From: an uncultured Candidatus Saccharibacteria bacterium
GTDB lineage: Bacteria > Patescibacteriota > Minisyncoccia > Phycocordibacterales > UBA2100
NCBI GenBank assembly: GCA_964633425.1
Contig: CAZWFX010000003.1
Coordinates: 32,357-96,356 of the forward strand
Reading direction: 5' to 3'
Length of the DNA: 64,000 nt
Shown: positions 15,329-24,740 of the stretch, one piece after another
Layout of the letters: every line of letters begins with the position of its first letter
How positions within the stretch are numbered: the stretch's first letter is position 1
Made by a program: the position numbers and the translations under genes
The notes under the pieces: generated by a model
Database searches by the model: none
The model's input: only the letters and a program-made list of their open reading frames with translations
Told to the model about the DNA's origin: nothing

Positions 15329-15898
15329 ATGAATACCAGCCTGAAGCTTTCGTTCTTCGGGGTGATGATGCTCGCGCTTGCGGCGGCGATATTTGCTGCC
15401 GGACACCAGACAAAAGGGGTTGAGCGCGCCGCAGGATCTGCTGCGCAGCGAGACATGTCGACATCGAGCGGCTACATACAGGAGCGTTCGCAGGCGAGAC
15501 TGACACCGCTGCAATACGAAGTCACTCAAAAAGACGGCACTGAACCGCCGTTCCGCAATCAATATTGGGATAATCACGAAGACGGCATTTATGTAGATAT
15601 TGTTTCAGGCGAAGTTTTGTTTTCGTCGACCGATAAATACGATTCGGGCACCGGCTGGCCGTCGTTCACGAAACCGCTTGTAGCCGATAATATCGTGACA
15701 AAAACGGACAATGCGCTCGGGGTCGAGCGTACCGAAGTACGCTCAAAACATGCCGATTCACACCTTGGACACGTATTCAATGACGGTCCTGCACCGCTCG
15801 GCCTGCGTTATTGCATGAACTCAGCAGCGCTCCGGTTCGTTCCAGCTTCCGATCTGGAACGAGAAGGATACGGCGAGTACGCGTACCTGTTCCGGTAA
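15329..15898 (+). CDS. msrB: peptide-methionine (R)-S-oxide reductase with N-terminal signal/TM
   Basis: [43 protein letters not shown]....[10 protein letters not shown]...RYCMNS. Confidence 0.9.
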   Translation: MNTSLKLSFFGVMMLALAAAIFAAGHQTKGVERAAGSAAQRDMSTSSGYIQERSQARLTPLQYEVTQKDGTEPPFRNQYWDNHEDGIYVDIVSGEVLFSSTDKYDSGTGWPSFTKPLVADNIVTKTDNALGVERTEVRSKHADSHLGHVFNDGPAPLGLRYCMNSAALRFVPASDLEREGYGEYAYLFR

Positions 15899-15911
15899 TA
15901 CGATCGGCAAT

Positions 15912-16619
15912 TTAGAGTCCAAGTGTGCCGAGAAATTCTTTGAGTTCCGGGCCGGTTATCTTTCGATACTGACCGATCTTCAGTGCGCCGAGTCGTACAT
16001 TGAGAATGCGTGTGCGTTTGAGATCGCCGACACTCTGTCCGAGCGCTCCGCACATGCGACGGATCTGATGCTTCTTACCCTCGGTGATCGTAAAGGTGAA
16101 TTTTTTATCGCCTCGCTTCACGACCGAGCATTTTTTCGTAACATAGCCGCCAATGTCGATGCCCGCTTCAAGCTTTTTGGCGAAGTAGCTCGGCGGTTTC
16201 TCGCGAGTGAGGACTTCGTACTCCTTTTCGTGCTCGTGTTCGGGGTTCAGGAGTGCATCGGTCAGTCGGCCGTCGTCGGTCAGAATGATGAGTCCGTATG
16301 AATCCTTGTCGAGTCGGCCGACCGGGAATACGCCCTGAACCGGCAAGATCTCTTTGATCTCCTGTTCATCGGGGTCGATATCTTTCTGCGCTGAATGGGT
16401 GATGACGCCCCGCGGCTTGTAGTAGGCGAGGTAGCGGAAATCGTTTTTGGGGAGATCAACCTTCACTGTATCGGTCTCGTTCACTTTATCGCCAAGTTGC
16501 GCCTTTTTGCCGTTAATGAGCACGCGTCCGCGCTCAATGTGTTCGTCGGCCTCGCGCCTTGTGCAGTATTTCTTATGCGCCAGGTACTTATTGATGCGCA
16601 TCGGGTAGAGGCTATCCAT
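15912..16619 (-). CDS. pseudouridine synthase, RsuA/RluB family (S4 domain + catalytic domain)
   Basis: MRINKYLA..CTRREADEHIERGRVLINGKKA and GRLDKDSYGLIILTDDG motifs. The start may be the internal Met at 16601. Confidence 0.85.
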   Translation of the reverse strand: MDSLYPMRINKYLAHKKYCTRREADEHIERGRVLINGKKAQLGDKVNETDTVKVDLPKNDFRYLAYYKPRGVITHSAQKDIDPDEQEIKEILPVQGVFPVGRLDKDSYGLIILTDDGRLTDALLNPEHEHEKEYEVLTREKPPSYFAKKLEAGIDIGGYVTKKCSVVKRGDKKFTFTITEGKKHQIRRMCGALGQSVGDLKRTRILNVRLGALKIGQYRKITGPELKEFLGTLGL

Positions 16620-16776
16620 AGACGGGAATTATGCAATGAACTGGAAAAAAAGCAAGCGTCGGCGCGACGAATGAAGCGCTTCATAATCCCTACACTCGCG
16701 CTTGGGTACCATGCCCGTACACCCGCAGCTCTGCGGGCATTAATTACCCATTATTAAAATAAACTTATATACACGT

Positions 16777-17028
16777 ATGGAACTTATTGCTTTTCTCGTT
16801 CTCGGCGGAATCGCCGGGTGGATCGCATCTCTCATCATGGGTACCGATGCATCGCAGGGTATCTTCCTTAATATAGTCGTCGGCGTCGTCGGCGCATTCA
16901 TCGGCGGCATGCTCTTCAATGCGTTCGGCAATGCAGGAGTCAGCGGATTCAACATCTACAGCCTTGTCGTTGCGGTGCTGGGCGCGGTCGTTCTTTTGTT
17001 CATTGTTCGTCTTTTCCGCAGTGTGTAA
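16777..17028 (+). CDS. GlsB/YeaQ/YmgE family stress-response membrane protein
   Basis: LGGIAGWIASLIMG....GIFLNIVVGVVGAFIGGMLF. Confidence 0.8.
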   Translation: MELIAFLVLGGIAGWIASLIMGTDASQGIFLNIVVGVVGAFIGGMLFNAFGNAGVSGFNIYSLVVAVLGAVVLLFIVRLFRSV

Positions 17029-17043
17029 TACACGCTTCGGAAC

Positions 17044-17072
17044 AAAAAGCGCGCCCACGAGGCGCGTTTTTT
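17044..17072 (+). terminator. rho-independent terminator
   Basis: AAAAAGCGCGCC-CACGA-GGCGCGTTTTTT. Confidence 0.8.
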
Positions 17073-17190
17073 GTACGTGAGCGATCGAAACTGTTGCGCG
17101 AGATATCAACAGACCTAGCACAACGTTACTATGTGTGGTCAAAACGGGTGATACTCTGTTGTCATACATTAATAGTACTCTTTTTATTAC

Positions 17191-17574
17191 ATGGAGATCT
17201 TTCTCGCTAAGTTGTTCGGTCTGTATTTTCTTACCATCGGCGTCATTATTTTGATCCGTCGCAAGGCGGTTATGCCGGCAGTAACGGAGCTCGCGGGTAA
17301 TCGCCCGGTCTTGCTCACGATCTCGGTCATCGAGATCGGCGCGGGCCTTGCGCTTGCGCTCGCGTACCCGGTGATCACGTGGTCTGTGGAAGGCATCTTT
17401 TCGGTCATCGGCTACATGCTCTTGGTCGAAGGTTTGATCTACCTCGCATCACCGTATCGCACTACCCAGAAGTTCATTCGATCGTTCAATCGCTCTGAAT
17501 GGTTCATGGCCGGTGCGGTCGCCTCGGTACTTGTGGGCGGCTATCTGGTAGCCTACGGTTTCAACCTCCTCTAG
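17191..17574 (+). CDS. hypothetical membrane protein (about 4 TM)
   Basis: Hydrophobic 127-aa ORF. No family recognised. Confidence 0.55.
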   Translation: MEIFLAKLFGLYFLTIGVIILIRRKAVMPAVTELAGNRPVLLTISVIEIGAGLALALAYPVITWSVEGIFSVIGYMLLVEGLIYLASPYRTTQKFIRSFNRSEWFMAGAVASVLVGGYLVAYGFNLL

Positions 17575-17575
17575 A

Positions 17576-19234
17576 TCAACCGTTCGTCTCCGTGTCTGAA
17601 ACGCCGGCCTCAGTGCCGGCGTTTTGAACGTCACTCGCATCGTCGTAAAGAACACGTATCGACTTGGCATCGGTTCGAATTGTTGAATGTACTGCAGAAA
17701 CTTCGGCATGATCAATCCGCATCGTGTCTGCCTCTATCGAAGCATCGCGGACACTAAATGATGCGGTCGTTACCGATCCATCGAGTACGAGCCGACTGTT
17801 TTTGAGATTGGCGCTCAGCGAGGTTCCTGTGACAGTGATGCCGCTCCACGATGAGCGCAAGAGAATCGTGGTACTCGCGCTATTCAGAGTGCCGTTTATA
17901 TTGGCGTTCTGAGCATCGATCACGAGTGATGGGAGCGACAGTTTGTCTAGTTCGATCGATGCGTTATTCGCCGAGAGTGCGCTCATGGAGGGAACGGTGA
18001 CAATAACCGACGGAGTCCGATAGCTGCAGAATAGGCACGGTCCATTACGCGGTACCGATTCGATCGTGAGTACTCCATCTTTCTCCGTATAGGTGACTCC
18101 CGGCAAGTCGACGACCCTCCCGGCAAACTGAAGGTTGTACGCGGATCCGGAGCGGATCGTGACATGCACGTTACGTACCGACAGTGAGTCAAAAGCGGTT
18201 ATGGTTTTGTTCTGGATCGTCTGCGCGTATTCGGGGCTCGACTGAGTAAAGCTGACGTAATCACCGACGAGCTTGGTGCCGAGCACACCGCATCCGACGA
18301 GTGAAAGTGCCCACACGCCCATGAGGCCAAATCCCACGGTACTTGAAATCAGTGCGCGGTTTTTGAGCCATCGCTGGCCGAGAGCAAATATGAAGAGAAG
18401 CGGAATCACGATTGCGGTATATCCGACTGCAAGGAGCGACTTCAGTACGACAGGGGATATAAACTCTTTGTGCGGAATATCATTCCATGACGCGTTCCAA
18501 TTGAACAGCACGATGCCGAGTACGATCGATACACCGATGAACGAAAAGAACGCACCGAGCGATAGAAAGAATCCGAGTACTTTTGAAATTAGCGGGAATA
18601 TGGTCGAAGAAAACGCGCTCACGACTTCCGCGGGGAAGCGCAGGATACGCTGAAATACGCCTCGCTCTCGGGTTTCGTCGACACGGTCCTTGACTACTCG
18701 CGCTATGGATTCCAGTGTGACCGCCGCACCTTTCATTTCGAGTTTCTGGCTTGCGGTGCGCGCAGCTGGCATGATGATCCACAAAATAATATAGATTGCG
18801 ACACTCGCTCCGCTAAAGAGTGTCGTGAACAGGAATGCGAGCCTCACCGCGACGACACTAACGCCGAAGTACGCGGCAATACCTGACGCGACACCGGCGA
18901 TCACCGCATCATCAATGTTGCGATAGAGCTTTTTGCCGACCGGAGTCGTCGTGTCTGCACGCGAAGTGTCGGTATCGCCGGATTCACCGAATGCTTCAGC
19001 GTCGCCCATGTCACTGATAACAGTTGCAATGTCGTCGGTCGTAATGAGTGTGTGCTTCGTCTCAAGCAGCTTTTCGGCAATACGTGACTCGATGTCGCCG
19101 ATGATCTCGGGACCGTCGTCGTTTGCGTCGAACTGCGCCTTCAGTCGCTCAAGGTATGCGGAGAGACTGCTGTACGCCGAGTCGGTAAGCTGGAATTGAG
19201 TGCCGCCTATCGATATTTGAATCGTTTTTTCCAT
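17576..19234 (-). CDS. PspC-domain membrane protein with extended beta-rich C-terminal domain
   Basis: KLYRNIDDAVIAGVASGIAAYFGVSVVAVRLAFL (PspC domain), multiple TM segments and a Ser/Thr/Val-rich C-terminal region. Confidence 0.8.
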   Translation of the reverse strand: MEKTIQISIGGTQFQLTDSAYSSLSAYLERLKAQFDANDDGPEIIGDIESRIAEKLLETKHTLITTDDIATVISDMGDAEAFGESGDTDTSRADTTTPVGKKLYRNIDDAVIAGVASGIAAYFGVSVVAVRLAFLFTTLFSGASVAIYIILWIIMPAARTASQKLEMKGAAVTLESIARVVKDRVDETRERGVFQRILRFPAEVVSAFSSTIFPLISKVLGFFLSLGAFFSFIGVSIVLGIVLFNWNASWNDIPHKEFISPVVLKSLLAVGYTAIVIPLLFIFALGQRWLKNRALISSTVGFGLMGVWALSLVGCGVLGTKLVGDYVSFTQSSPEYAQTIQNKTITAFDSLSVRNVHVTIRSGSAYNLQFAGRVVDLPGVTYTEKDGVLTIESVPRNGPCLFCSYRTPSVIVTVPSMSALSANNASIELDKLSLPSLVIDAQNANINGTLNSASTTILLRSSWSGITVTGTSLSANLKNSRLVLDGSVTTASFSVRDASIEADTMRIDHAEVSAVHSTIRTDAKSIRVLYDDASDVQNAGTEAGVSDTETNG

Positions 19235-19235
19235 A

Positions 19236-19568
19236 TTATTTTGTTAAAGCGTTAATAGATGTGTGTAGTTCTTTCCAGGTCTTTGTTAGTTCGCGCAGTG
19301 TTTCTTTGCCGCTGTTCGTGAGCTCGTAATATTTGCGGGGCGGGCCGGATTTCGACTCCTCCCAATCGTAGGTAAGAAGCCCCTGTGTCTTCAGGCGGGA
19401 GAGGAGGGGGTAGAGCGTTCCTTCAACGACGAGTAAGTCCGCGTCTTTGAGCGAGCGAAGGATGTCTGATGAATACATGCGGTCACTCGAGATCACGGTG
19501 AGGATGCAAAATTCAAGCAACCCTTTGCGCATCGACTGCTTTTTAATGTCGACAGATTCTTCGTGCAT
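19236..19568 (-). CDS. PadR family transcriptional regulator
   Basis: LEFCILTVIS...MYSSDILRSL......VEGTLYPLLSRLKTQGLLTYDWEES..GPPRKYYELT. I chose the internal Met (19568), giving about 110 aa. The ORF-track start at 19874 would add non-homologous sequence. Confidence 0.8.
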   Translation of the reverse strand: MHEESVDIKKQSMRKGLLEFCILTVISSDRMYSSDILRSLKDADLLVVEGTLYPLLSRLKTQGLLTYDWEESKSGPPRKYYELTNSGKETLRELTKTWKELHTSINALTK

Positions 19569-19587
19569 GCGAGAATCATACAACCCA

Positions 19588-19608
19588 GTACCTTGCAACA
19601 CAAGGTAC
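19588..19608. promoter_or_regulatory. perfect inverted repeat in the padR / SPFH divergent region (candidate PadR operator)
   Basis: GTACCTTG-CAACA-CAAGGTAC, 20 nt upstream of the padR ATG. Confidence 0.45.
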
Positions 19609-19661
19609 CATGTGGATAAGCCAGATTCCGCAATCCGCATGCGTCTGTTTGGTATACTTTT

Positions 19662-20426
19662 TTGCATATGCCACTTCTCATTCCGCTGTTGGTGATCGTC
19701 GCGGCGATCTTGCTTGTAAGTATCAAACAAATCAATCAATACGAACGCGGTGTAAAGTTCATGCTCGGAAAATTCAATACGATTATGGAGCCCGGCTGGC
19801 GCCTGGTTATTCCCGTGTTCCAAAGCTACGAAAAAGTCGACATGCGCGTTAAGGCGGTCGATGTACCGGACCAAAAGGCAATCACGCGCGACAACGTGTC
19901 GGTTACGGTGAATGCCGTCCTGTACTACAAGGTCGACAACGCCGAAAAGGCCATCATCGAAGTAGAGGACTTCCGCTACGCCATTTCGCAGTATGCACAG
20001 ACGACCATGCGTAATGTGGTGGGTGAAGTAACGCTCGATGAATTGCTCGCTCAGCGCGAGAAGCTTGCTACGCGCATCGCCGAGATTGTCGATAAGGAAT
20101 CAGACGCCTGGGGTCTCAACGTGAACAGTGTGGAGTTGCGCGATGTGTCGCTCCCGAGCGACATGGAGCGCACTATTGCCAAGCAGGCGGAAGCGGAACG
20201 CGAAAAGCGTGCCGTTATCATCAATTCCGAAGGCGAGCTTGCCGCCGCACACAATATGGCGGAAGCGGCACGCATACTTGCAGAAGTGCCGGGGGCACTC
20301 CACCTACGAACGCTCCAATCGATCAACGACATTTCTTCGGATCAGTCCAACACAGTAGTGTTCGGGGTCCCGCTCGAGATTTTGAAATCATTTGAAGGTT
20401 TCCACATCACGAAGAAGGGGCAGTAG
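19662..20426 (+). CDS. SPFH/band 7 (stomatin-like) membrane protein
   Basis: N-terminal TM segment, then QYERGVKFMLGKF...ITRDNVSVTVNAVLYYKV...MRNVVGEVTLDELL. Confidence 0.85.
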   Translation: MHMPLLIPLLVIVAAILLVSIKQINQYERGVKFMLGKFNTIMEPGWRLVIPVFQSYEKVDMRVKAVDVPDQKAITRDNVSVTVNAVLYYKVDNAEKAIIEVEDFRYAISQYAQTTMRNVVGEVTLDELLAQREKLATRIAEIVDKESDAWGLNVNSVELRDVSLPSDMERTIAKQAEAEREKRAVIINSEGELAAAHNMAEAARILAEVPGALHLRTLQSINDISSDQSNTVVFGVPLEILKSFEGFHITKKGQ

Positions 20427-20443
20427 CATGTTATATAAGAGAG

Positions 20444-21718
20444 ATGGATAGGATTGCCCATTTTGGGGCGACCGCTTTTGCGTCGCTCTCTATACGGAGT
20501 TACCGTCGCCTGTTCGTTTCGCAGGCGATCGCTCTTTCGGGCACGTGGATGCAGATTGTCGCGCTCGGCTGGCTTGCGCTGCAACTCACCGGCTCCGGCG
20601 GGCAATTGGGATTGATCGTTGCCGCGCAATTTTTGCCGCTGCTTTTGTTTGCGCCGTGGGGTGGACTGCTTGCCGATCGTTCCGACAAGAAGATGATATT
20701 GCAGTACACACAGTACGCGTATGTCGTCACGTCGATTGTACTGGGGTTACTTGTCGTAAGCGGACACATCGAGATATGGATGCTTTATATATTTGCGCTT
20801 GTGCTCGGGTTTGTGCGCGTGTTTGAAATGCCCGCGCGTCAGACGATCATTTCGGAGCTCGTGACGCCTGATCACCTCAAAAATGCCATCAGTCTCAATG
20901 CGTCCGTGAACAATCTTGCGCGCGCGATCGGTCCGTCAATCGGCGGTATCGTTATCGCAGGTGCAGGTATCGGGTTCTGCTTTTTCTTTAATGCATTCAC
21001 GTACCTTGTCGCTGCGTACATTCTTACCCGTATCAAGGAGAACGAGATAACACGCTCCGCACCCGCGTCGCGCGCACCCGGTCAGCTGCGGGCCGGATGG
21101 GTGTACGTGTGGCAGACGCCTCTCATTCGCGACCTTTTGATCATGATCACGATTATCGGCACGTTCACGTTTGAGTTTCAGATCTCCCTCGCGCTTTTGG
21201 CGAAAGTAACGTTCGAAAGTGACGCAACTGCATACGCGGCTCTCATGTCGGCGTTTGGGGCGGGTGCTGCTATCGGCGGCATCATTGCCGCAAGCCGCAG
21301 TGAGACAGGACCGGCACCGTTCCTGGGATTCGGCGCGCTTGCAGGGTTTAGTATTTTGCTCGCGTCTGTCGCGCCTTCGCTCGGACTCGCCATTGCAGGC
21401 ATGGTGCTCGTGGGGTTCTTTACGGTAAATATGGTGTCGACCGCAAATTCCATGATCCAAATGGAGTCGCATCCGGAAATGCGCGGACGCGTCATGGCGA
21501 TCTGGAGCATGGCGATGATGGGATCAACGCCGATTGGCGGCCCGATCATCGGATGGATCGGTGAATACACCGACGCTCGTGTGGCGCTCGCAACGGGCGG
21601 AGCTGCGATGCTGATCGCGGTTGTGTACGGGTACATCGCGCTCGTGCGCAAAAAACCCGCTGATCACATCGTCCCTGATACCTCGCTCATCAAACTCGCC
21701 GAAACCCACCACGCGTAA
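20444..21718 (+). CDS. MFS transporter (EntS/MFS_3-like)
   Basis: About 12 TM segments and an LADRSDKKMIL motif after TM2. Confidence 0.8.
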   Translation: MDRIAHFGATAFASLSIRSYRRLFVSQAIALSGTWMQIVALGWLALQLTGSGGQLGLIVAAQFLPLLLFAPWGGLLADRSDKKMILQYTQYAYVVTSIVLGLLVVSGHIEIWMLYIFALVLGFVRVFEMPARQTIISELVTPDHLKNAISLNASVNNLARAIGPSIGGIVIAGAGIGFCFFFNAFTYLVAAYILTRIKENEITRSAPASRAPGQLRAGWVYVWQTPLIRDLLIMITIIGTFTFEFQISLALLAKVTFESDATAYAALMSAFGAGAAIGGIIAASRSETGPAPFLGFGALAGFSILLASVAPSLGLAIAGMVLVGFFTVNMVSTANSMIQMESHPEMRGRVMAIWSMAMMGSTPIGGPIIGWIGEYTDARVALATGGAAMLIAVVYGYIALVRKKPADHIVPDTSLIKLAETHHA

Positions 21719-21811
21719 AGATGAGCAAAGGTTCATAGCGCAACCATAAAAGTACTGATAGCGTGAGTGTGGGCACCACAAGGTGCACCTGTATATAGAG
21801 GAGGAAACAGT

Positions 21812-22078
21812 ATGAAGAGAGTTGTCCTAGCTGCTGCGACACTGATTGTCGCTGGATTGCTTGCAGCGCCTGCGGTTGCGCAGGGTGTCGGGATTTATGT
21901 CGGCCCCGGTGGCGCCGGCGTCACGGTCGGCCCACAGGGACCGCCGTACGGCGGTCAGCGATACTACGATGATCGACCGCGCGGCTACTATCGCGAGGGT
22001 CCGCCTGTGCAGCGCTGCCGCACCATCTGGGTCGACCGCGGAGGGTGGACCGAGCGGGTTCGTACCTGCGACTACTGA
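21812..22078 (+). CDS. small secreted Gly/Pro/Tyr/Arg-rich protein with two Cys
   Basis: GGAGG SD lies 7 nt upstream. Signal peptide MKRVVLAAATLIVAGLLAAPAVAQG. A strong terminator follows. Confidence 0.6.
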   Translation: MKRVVLAAATLIVAGLLAAPAVAQGVGIYVGPGGAGVTVGPQGPPYGGQRYYDDRPRGYYREGPPVQRCRTIWVDRGGWTERVRTCDY

Positions 22079-22103
22079 TCACGCGTTTCTACACGACATG
22101 CAA

Positions 22104-22132
22104 GGCGGGCCCCGTGCCCGCCTTTTTGTTTT
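22104..22132 (+). terminator. rho-independent terminator
   Basis: GGCGGGC-CCCGT-GCCCGCC followed by TTTTTGTTTT. Confidence 0.8.
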
Positions 22133-22146
22133 GGGCGCGGGCACGA

Positions 22147-22152
22147 TACGAT
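22147..22152 (+). promoter_or_regulatory. -10-like hexamer placed for a leaderless mRNA
   Basis: TACGAT, then 6 nt, then ATG (22159). No SD is present. Confidence 0.4.
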
Positions 22153-22158
22153 GTGTGA

Positions 22159-23493
22159 ATGCGTTCCCGAATAGCATTCATTGCGCTGCTGTTGCTTGCG
22201 CCATCATTTGTTTCCGCCGCGATTACCTCAGACCTACGGTACGGTTCAAAAGGTCCTCAGGTAAGTGAGCTTCAGCAATTTCTTATAGCGCAGAATATTC
22301 TCGTGGGAACTCCGACGGGAAATTTTTATACGATCACACAAAACGGAGTAAAAACATTCCAGCGACTTGTCGGTTTACCACAAACCGGCTTTGTAGGGCC
22401 GATGACGCGTGCAGAAATAAACGTACGCCTCCTCGGTGCGGCAAAAGCGTCGTCTACGCCCGCTGTGTCGACGCCGACCATTCCGGCCGTCACCGCATCG
22501 ACATCGCCGGAGGTGGCGGCGTTAATTGCGCAGGTGCAAAAGATGCTTGGCGGTCTGCCGGGCGGTAATCAGTCGGCGGCTATCACGCAGACCGTTGCGA
22601 CATCCACGACGCCGTTCGAGTTCGATCAAAAATGGCGCAATGCTGTCGTGAATTTGTTCTGCACCGATCGCTACGGCGGCGGGCTCTCGAGCGGTAGCGG
22701 TGTGATCATCGACCCGCGCGGCATCATCCTTACGAACGCGCACGTGGCACTCGATTTCTTGTTCCAGGATTGGCCGAACCCGAGCATCACTGAATGCGTT
22801 GTGCGCACGGGTATGCCTGCCTATCCTACATACAAGGCGATGCTTATCTATTTCCCGCAGGGATATGTGCAGGACACGGTATCTGCTCAGCCGGGCGCGA
22901 GCGACGACACCTTCCAATACGGCAAAGACGACTACGCGCTTTTGGTTATTACGGGGCCAAGTAACGCACAGGTATCAATGCCGGCATCATTCCCGTATAT
23001 GCCGCTGAACTTCGCTCCGCCTGCGGTAAAGACACCGGTGTATTTGCTGGGCTACGCATCCGAATACGCGAGCTACGAAAGTCTCCAGCGCAGCCTGTAC
23101 CAACTTGCGTCACCGGCCACAGTCGACGCTCAACGTGGCCTCCAGGGAAGTCGCTCGATCGACGCGCTGGCGTTCAACGGAAATGTGGTGGGACAACACG
23201 GCTCGTCCGGCGGCGCAGTCATATTAAACGGCGGTCAGATCGCGGGGCTCATGACCTTCTTCGATCGCAATCCGGGTCAAACGACGTCGGAAAAGGTGTT
23301 GAACGCTATTACGGCGGGATACGTCGCCCGCGATTTTGAAACAGATACAACTGTGCCGTTTGCCACATTTATGGCAAATGAGCCATTATCGCTTGCCGCA
23401 CGGTTTGCGAGCACGACCGCTCCCGTGTACCAAAAGGCCTTTGCACAAATGTGGAAGTCCCGCGGCATTACGATCCCGGGTTACTACCAATAA
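22159..23493 (+). CDS. secreted peptidoglycan-binding domain + trypsin-like (S1) serine protease
   Basis: PG_binding_1-like LRYGSKGPQVSELQQFL...FQRLVGLPQTGFVGPMT, plus protease motifs GSGVIIDPRGIILTNAHV and HGSSGGAV. Confidence 0.75.
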   Translation: MRSRIAFIALLLLAPSFVSAAITSDLRYGSKGPQVSELQQFLIAQNILVGTPTGNFYTITQNGVKTFQRLVGLPQTGFVGPMTRAEINVRLLGAAKASSTPAVSTPTIPAVTASTSPEVAALIAQVQKMLGGLPGGNQSAAITQTVATSTTPFEFDQKWRNAVVNLFCTDRYGGGLSSGSGVIIDPRGIILTNAHVALDFLFQDWPNPSITECVVRTGMPAYPTYKAMLIYFPQGYVQDTVSAQPGASDDTFQYGKDDYALLVITGPSNAQVSMPASFPYMPLNFAPPAVKTPVYLLGYASEYASYESLQRSLYQLASPATVDAQRGLQGSRSIDALAFNGNVVGQHGSSGGAVILNGGQIAGLMTFFDRNPGQTTSEKVLNAITAGYVARDFETDTTVPFATFMANEPLSLAARFASTTAPVYQKAFAQMWKSRGITIPGYYQ

Positions 23494-23494
23494 C

Positions 23495-23524
23495 AAAAGC
23501 CGACCGCAATGCGGCCGGCTTTTG
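23495..23524. terminator. bidirectional terminator between convergent genes
   Basis: AAAAGCCGACCGC-AAT-GCGGCCGGCTTTT (one mismatch in the stem). Confidence 0.7.
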
Positions 23525-23555
23525 AAACGCTTCGGTTGCTTCGAGAATGTTCCGA

Positions 23556-24740
23556 CTAGTGTCGGAACATGCCGCCGAATGCCTGATCCAAGGCGTTGAA
23601 CACGGTCGTGGTGATTGTCTTACCTGATACCGGCGTTGATGTGCCGTTCATGTCGATCGGGAAAAGCCGATCGAACAAACGGAAGATGTCGTGCGTGCCC
23701 ATCGGAGGAGTCGATGTGCCGCCGTTTCCGCCATTGCCTCCGTTGCCGTTCCCGTTGCAGGAATGCCAATTTCCGCCGTTGTCGTACCAGCCAAGGCTTG
23801 TGCTTGCAGAACCAACACAGTTATTGCCTCCGTTACCGCCGTTGCCGGCGCACGAATGCCACGTGCCGGTATTGTCATACCAGCCGGTCCATCCGTTCGA
23901 GTTGGTGGAGGTTGCCATGTTGTTGCAGCTGTTGCCGCCATTGCCGCCCGTTTGATTACAGGAGTGCCAGAGTCCGTTCGAGTCATACCAGCCGTGCATG
24001 CTGCCGGTAGACGTTGCATGACCTGCGCAGGAATTGCCTGCAGAACCGCACGAATGCCAGACGCCGGTACCGTCATACCAGCCTGTCTCGGAATTCATGC
24101 AGTGACCCACATTCCCCGGTGTCGATGTTGAGGTGCTGTTCGAGCTTGAACTCGTCAGCATCATTTGTCCTCGTGCCACGCCGCTCGGATACTGAGCCGA
24201 GTGGACATTGGCGTAGATGATGCCAGCCTTCATCGCACGACCGAGATCGGTGAGGTTTGTGATCGGCATGGAGCAGCCTGTAGTTGTTGAGTGGAGATCG
24301 CCGGCATCGACCGACGAGGTCGCAACCAGTACACCGTTCACATCGGTACTGCTTGCGATGTGAATGAGATCAAGTACCACCGGCCCGCTCTGGCCCGGCA
24401 GGCCGCAGTGCAGGTGCGCCGCGGTAATGTCGTCGCCGTTCCACAGGAGCACAGACTTCCACATTGAGGTGGATGTCGTTGCTGAACCCGTCGCATCGGA
24501 CATGTCGACCCATATGCGTGCATGTCCTGTTGTGGTGCCCATGGTGGTTGTAGCGCTCACCGGCGGGACCTGGTGTGCGCCGGAGAGATCGGCGTCGAAC
24601 ACGTACGACGTGGTCGTCGTACCCGTTGTCGATGTGGCCGTATCCGCGTACGCAAGTGTGGTAAACCCGATCGAGAGTGCAAGCGCGAGTGCCGCACCAA
24701 GAGCGAGATACCCGAGCTGTTTCGTAATTGTTTGATACAT
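23556..24740 (-). CDS. secreted CHRD-domain protein with four C-terminal GWYDxxGxWHSC repeats
   Basis: Signal peptide from MYQTITKQLGYLALGAALALALS. The CHRD pattern is LSGAHQVPPV...AAHLHCGLPGQSGPVV...ANVHSAQYPSGVARGQ. Four Trp/Cys/His repeats follow, separated by Gly/Asn linkers. Confidence 0.7.
   Translation of the reverse strand: MYQTITKQLGYLALGAALALALSIGFTTLAYADTATSTTGTTTTSYVFDADLSGAHQVPPVSATTTMGTTTGHARIWVDMSDATGSATTSTSMWKSVLLWNGDDITAAHLHCGLPGQSGPVVLDLIHIASSTDVNGVLVATSSVDAGDLHSTTTGCSMPITNLTDLGRAMKAGIIYANVHSAQYPSGVARGQMMLTSSSSNSTSTSTPGNVGHCMNSETGWYDGTGVWHSCGSAGNSCAGHATSTGSMHGWYDSNGLWHSCNQTGGNGGNSCNNMATSTNSNGWTGWYDNTGTWHSCAGNGGNGGNNCVGSASTSLGWYDNGGNWHSCNGNGNGGNGGNGGTSTPPMGTHDIFRLFDRLFPIDMNGTSTPVSGKTITTTVFNALDQAFGGMFRH
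23718..24104 (-). repeat. in-frame tandem repeat (4 units) encoding GWYDxxGxWHSC + G/N-rich linkers
   Basis: The repeat units are GWYDGTGVWHSC, GWYDSNGLWHSC, GWYDNTGTWHSC and GWYDNGGNWHSC, each followed by (G/N)n-C. Confidence 0.8.

Noticed and set aside
23600-24110. Repetitive GGN/CCG-rich DNA that superficially resembles an array of short repeats (CRISPR or minisatellite).
   Set aside because: The repeats are in-frame within the CHRD protein ORF and encode GWYD..WHSC units and Gly/Asn linkers. There is no repeat-spacer regularity and there are no cas genes.
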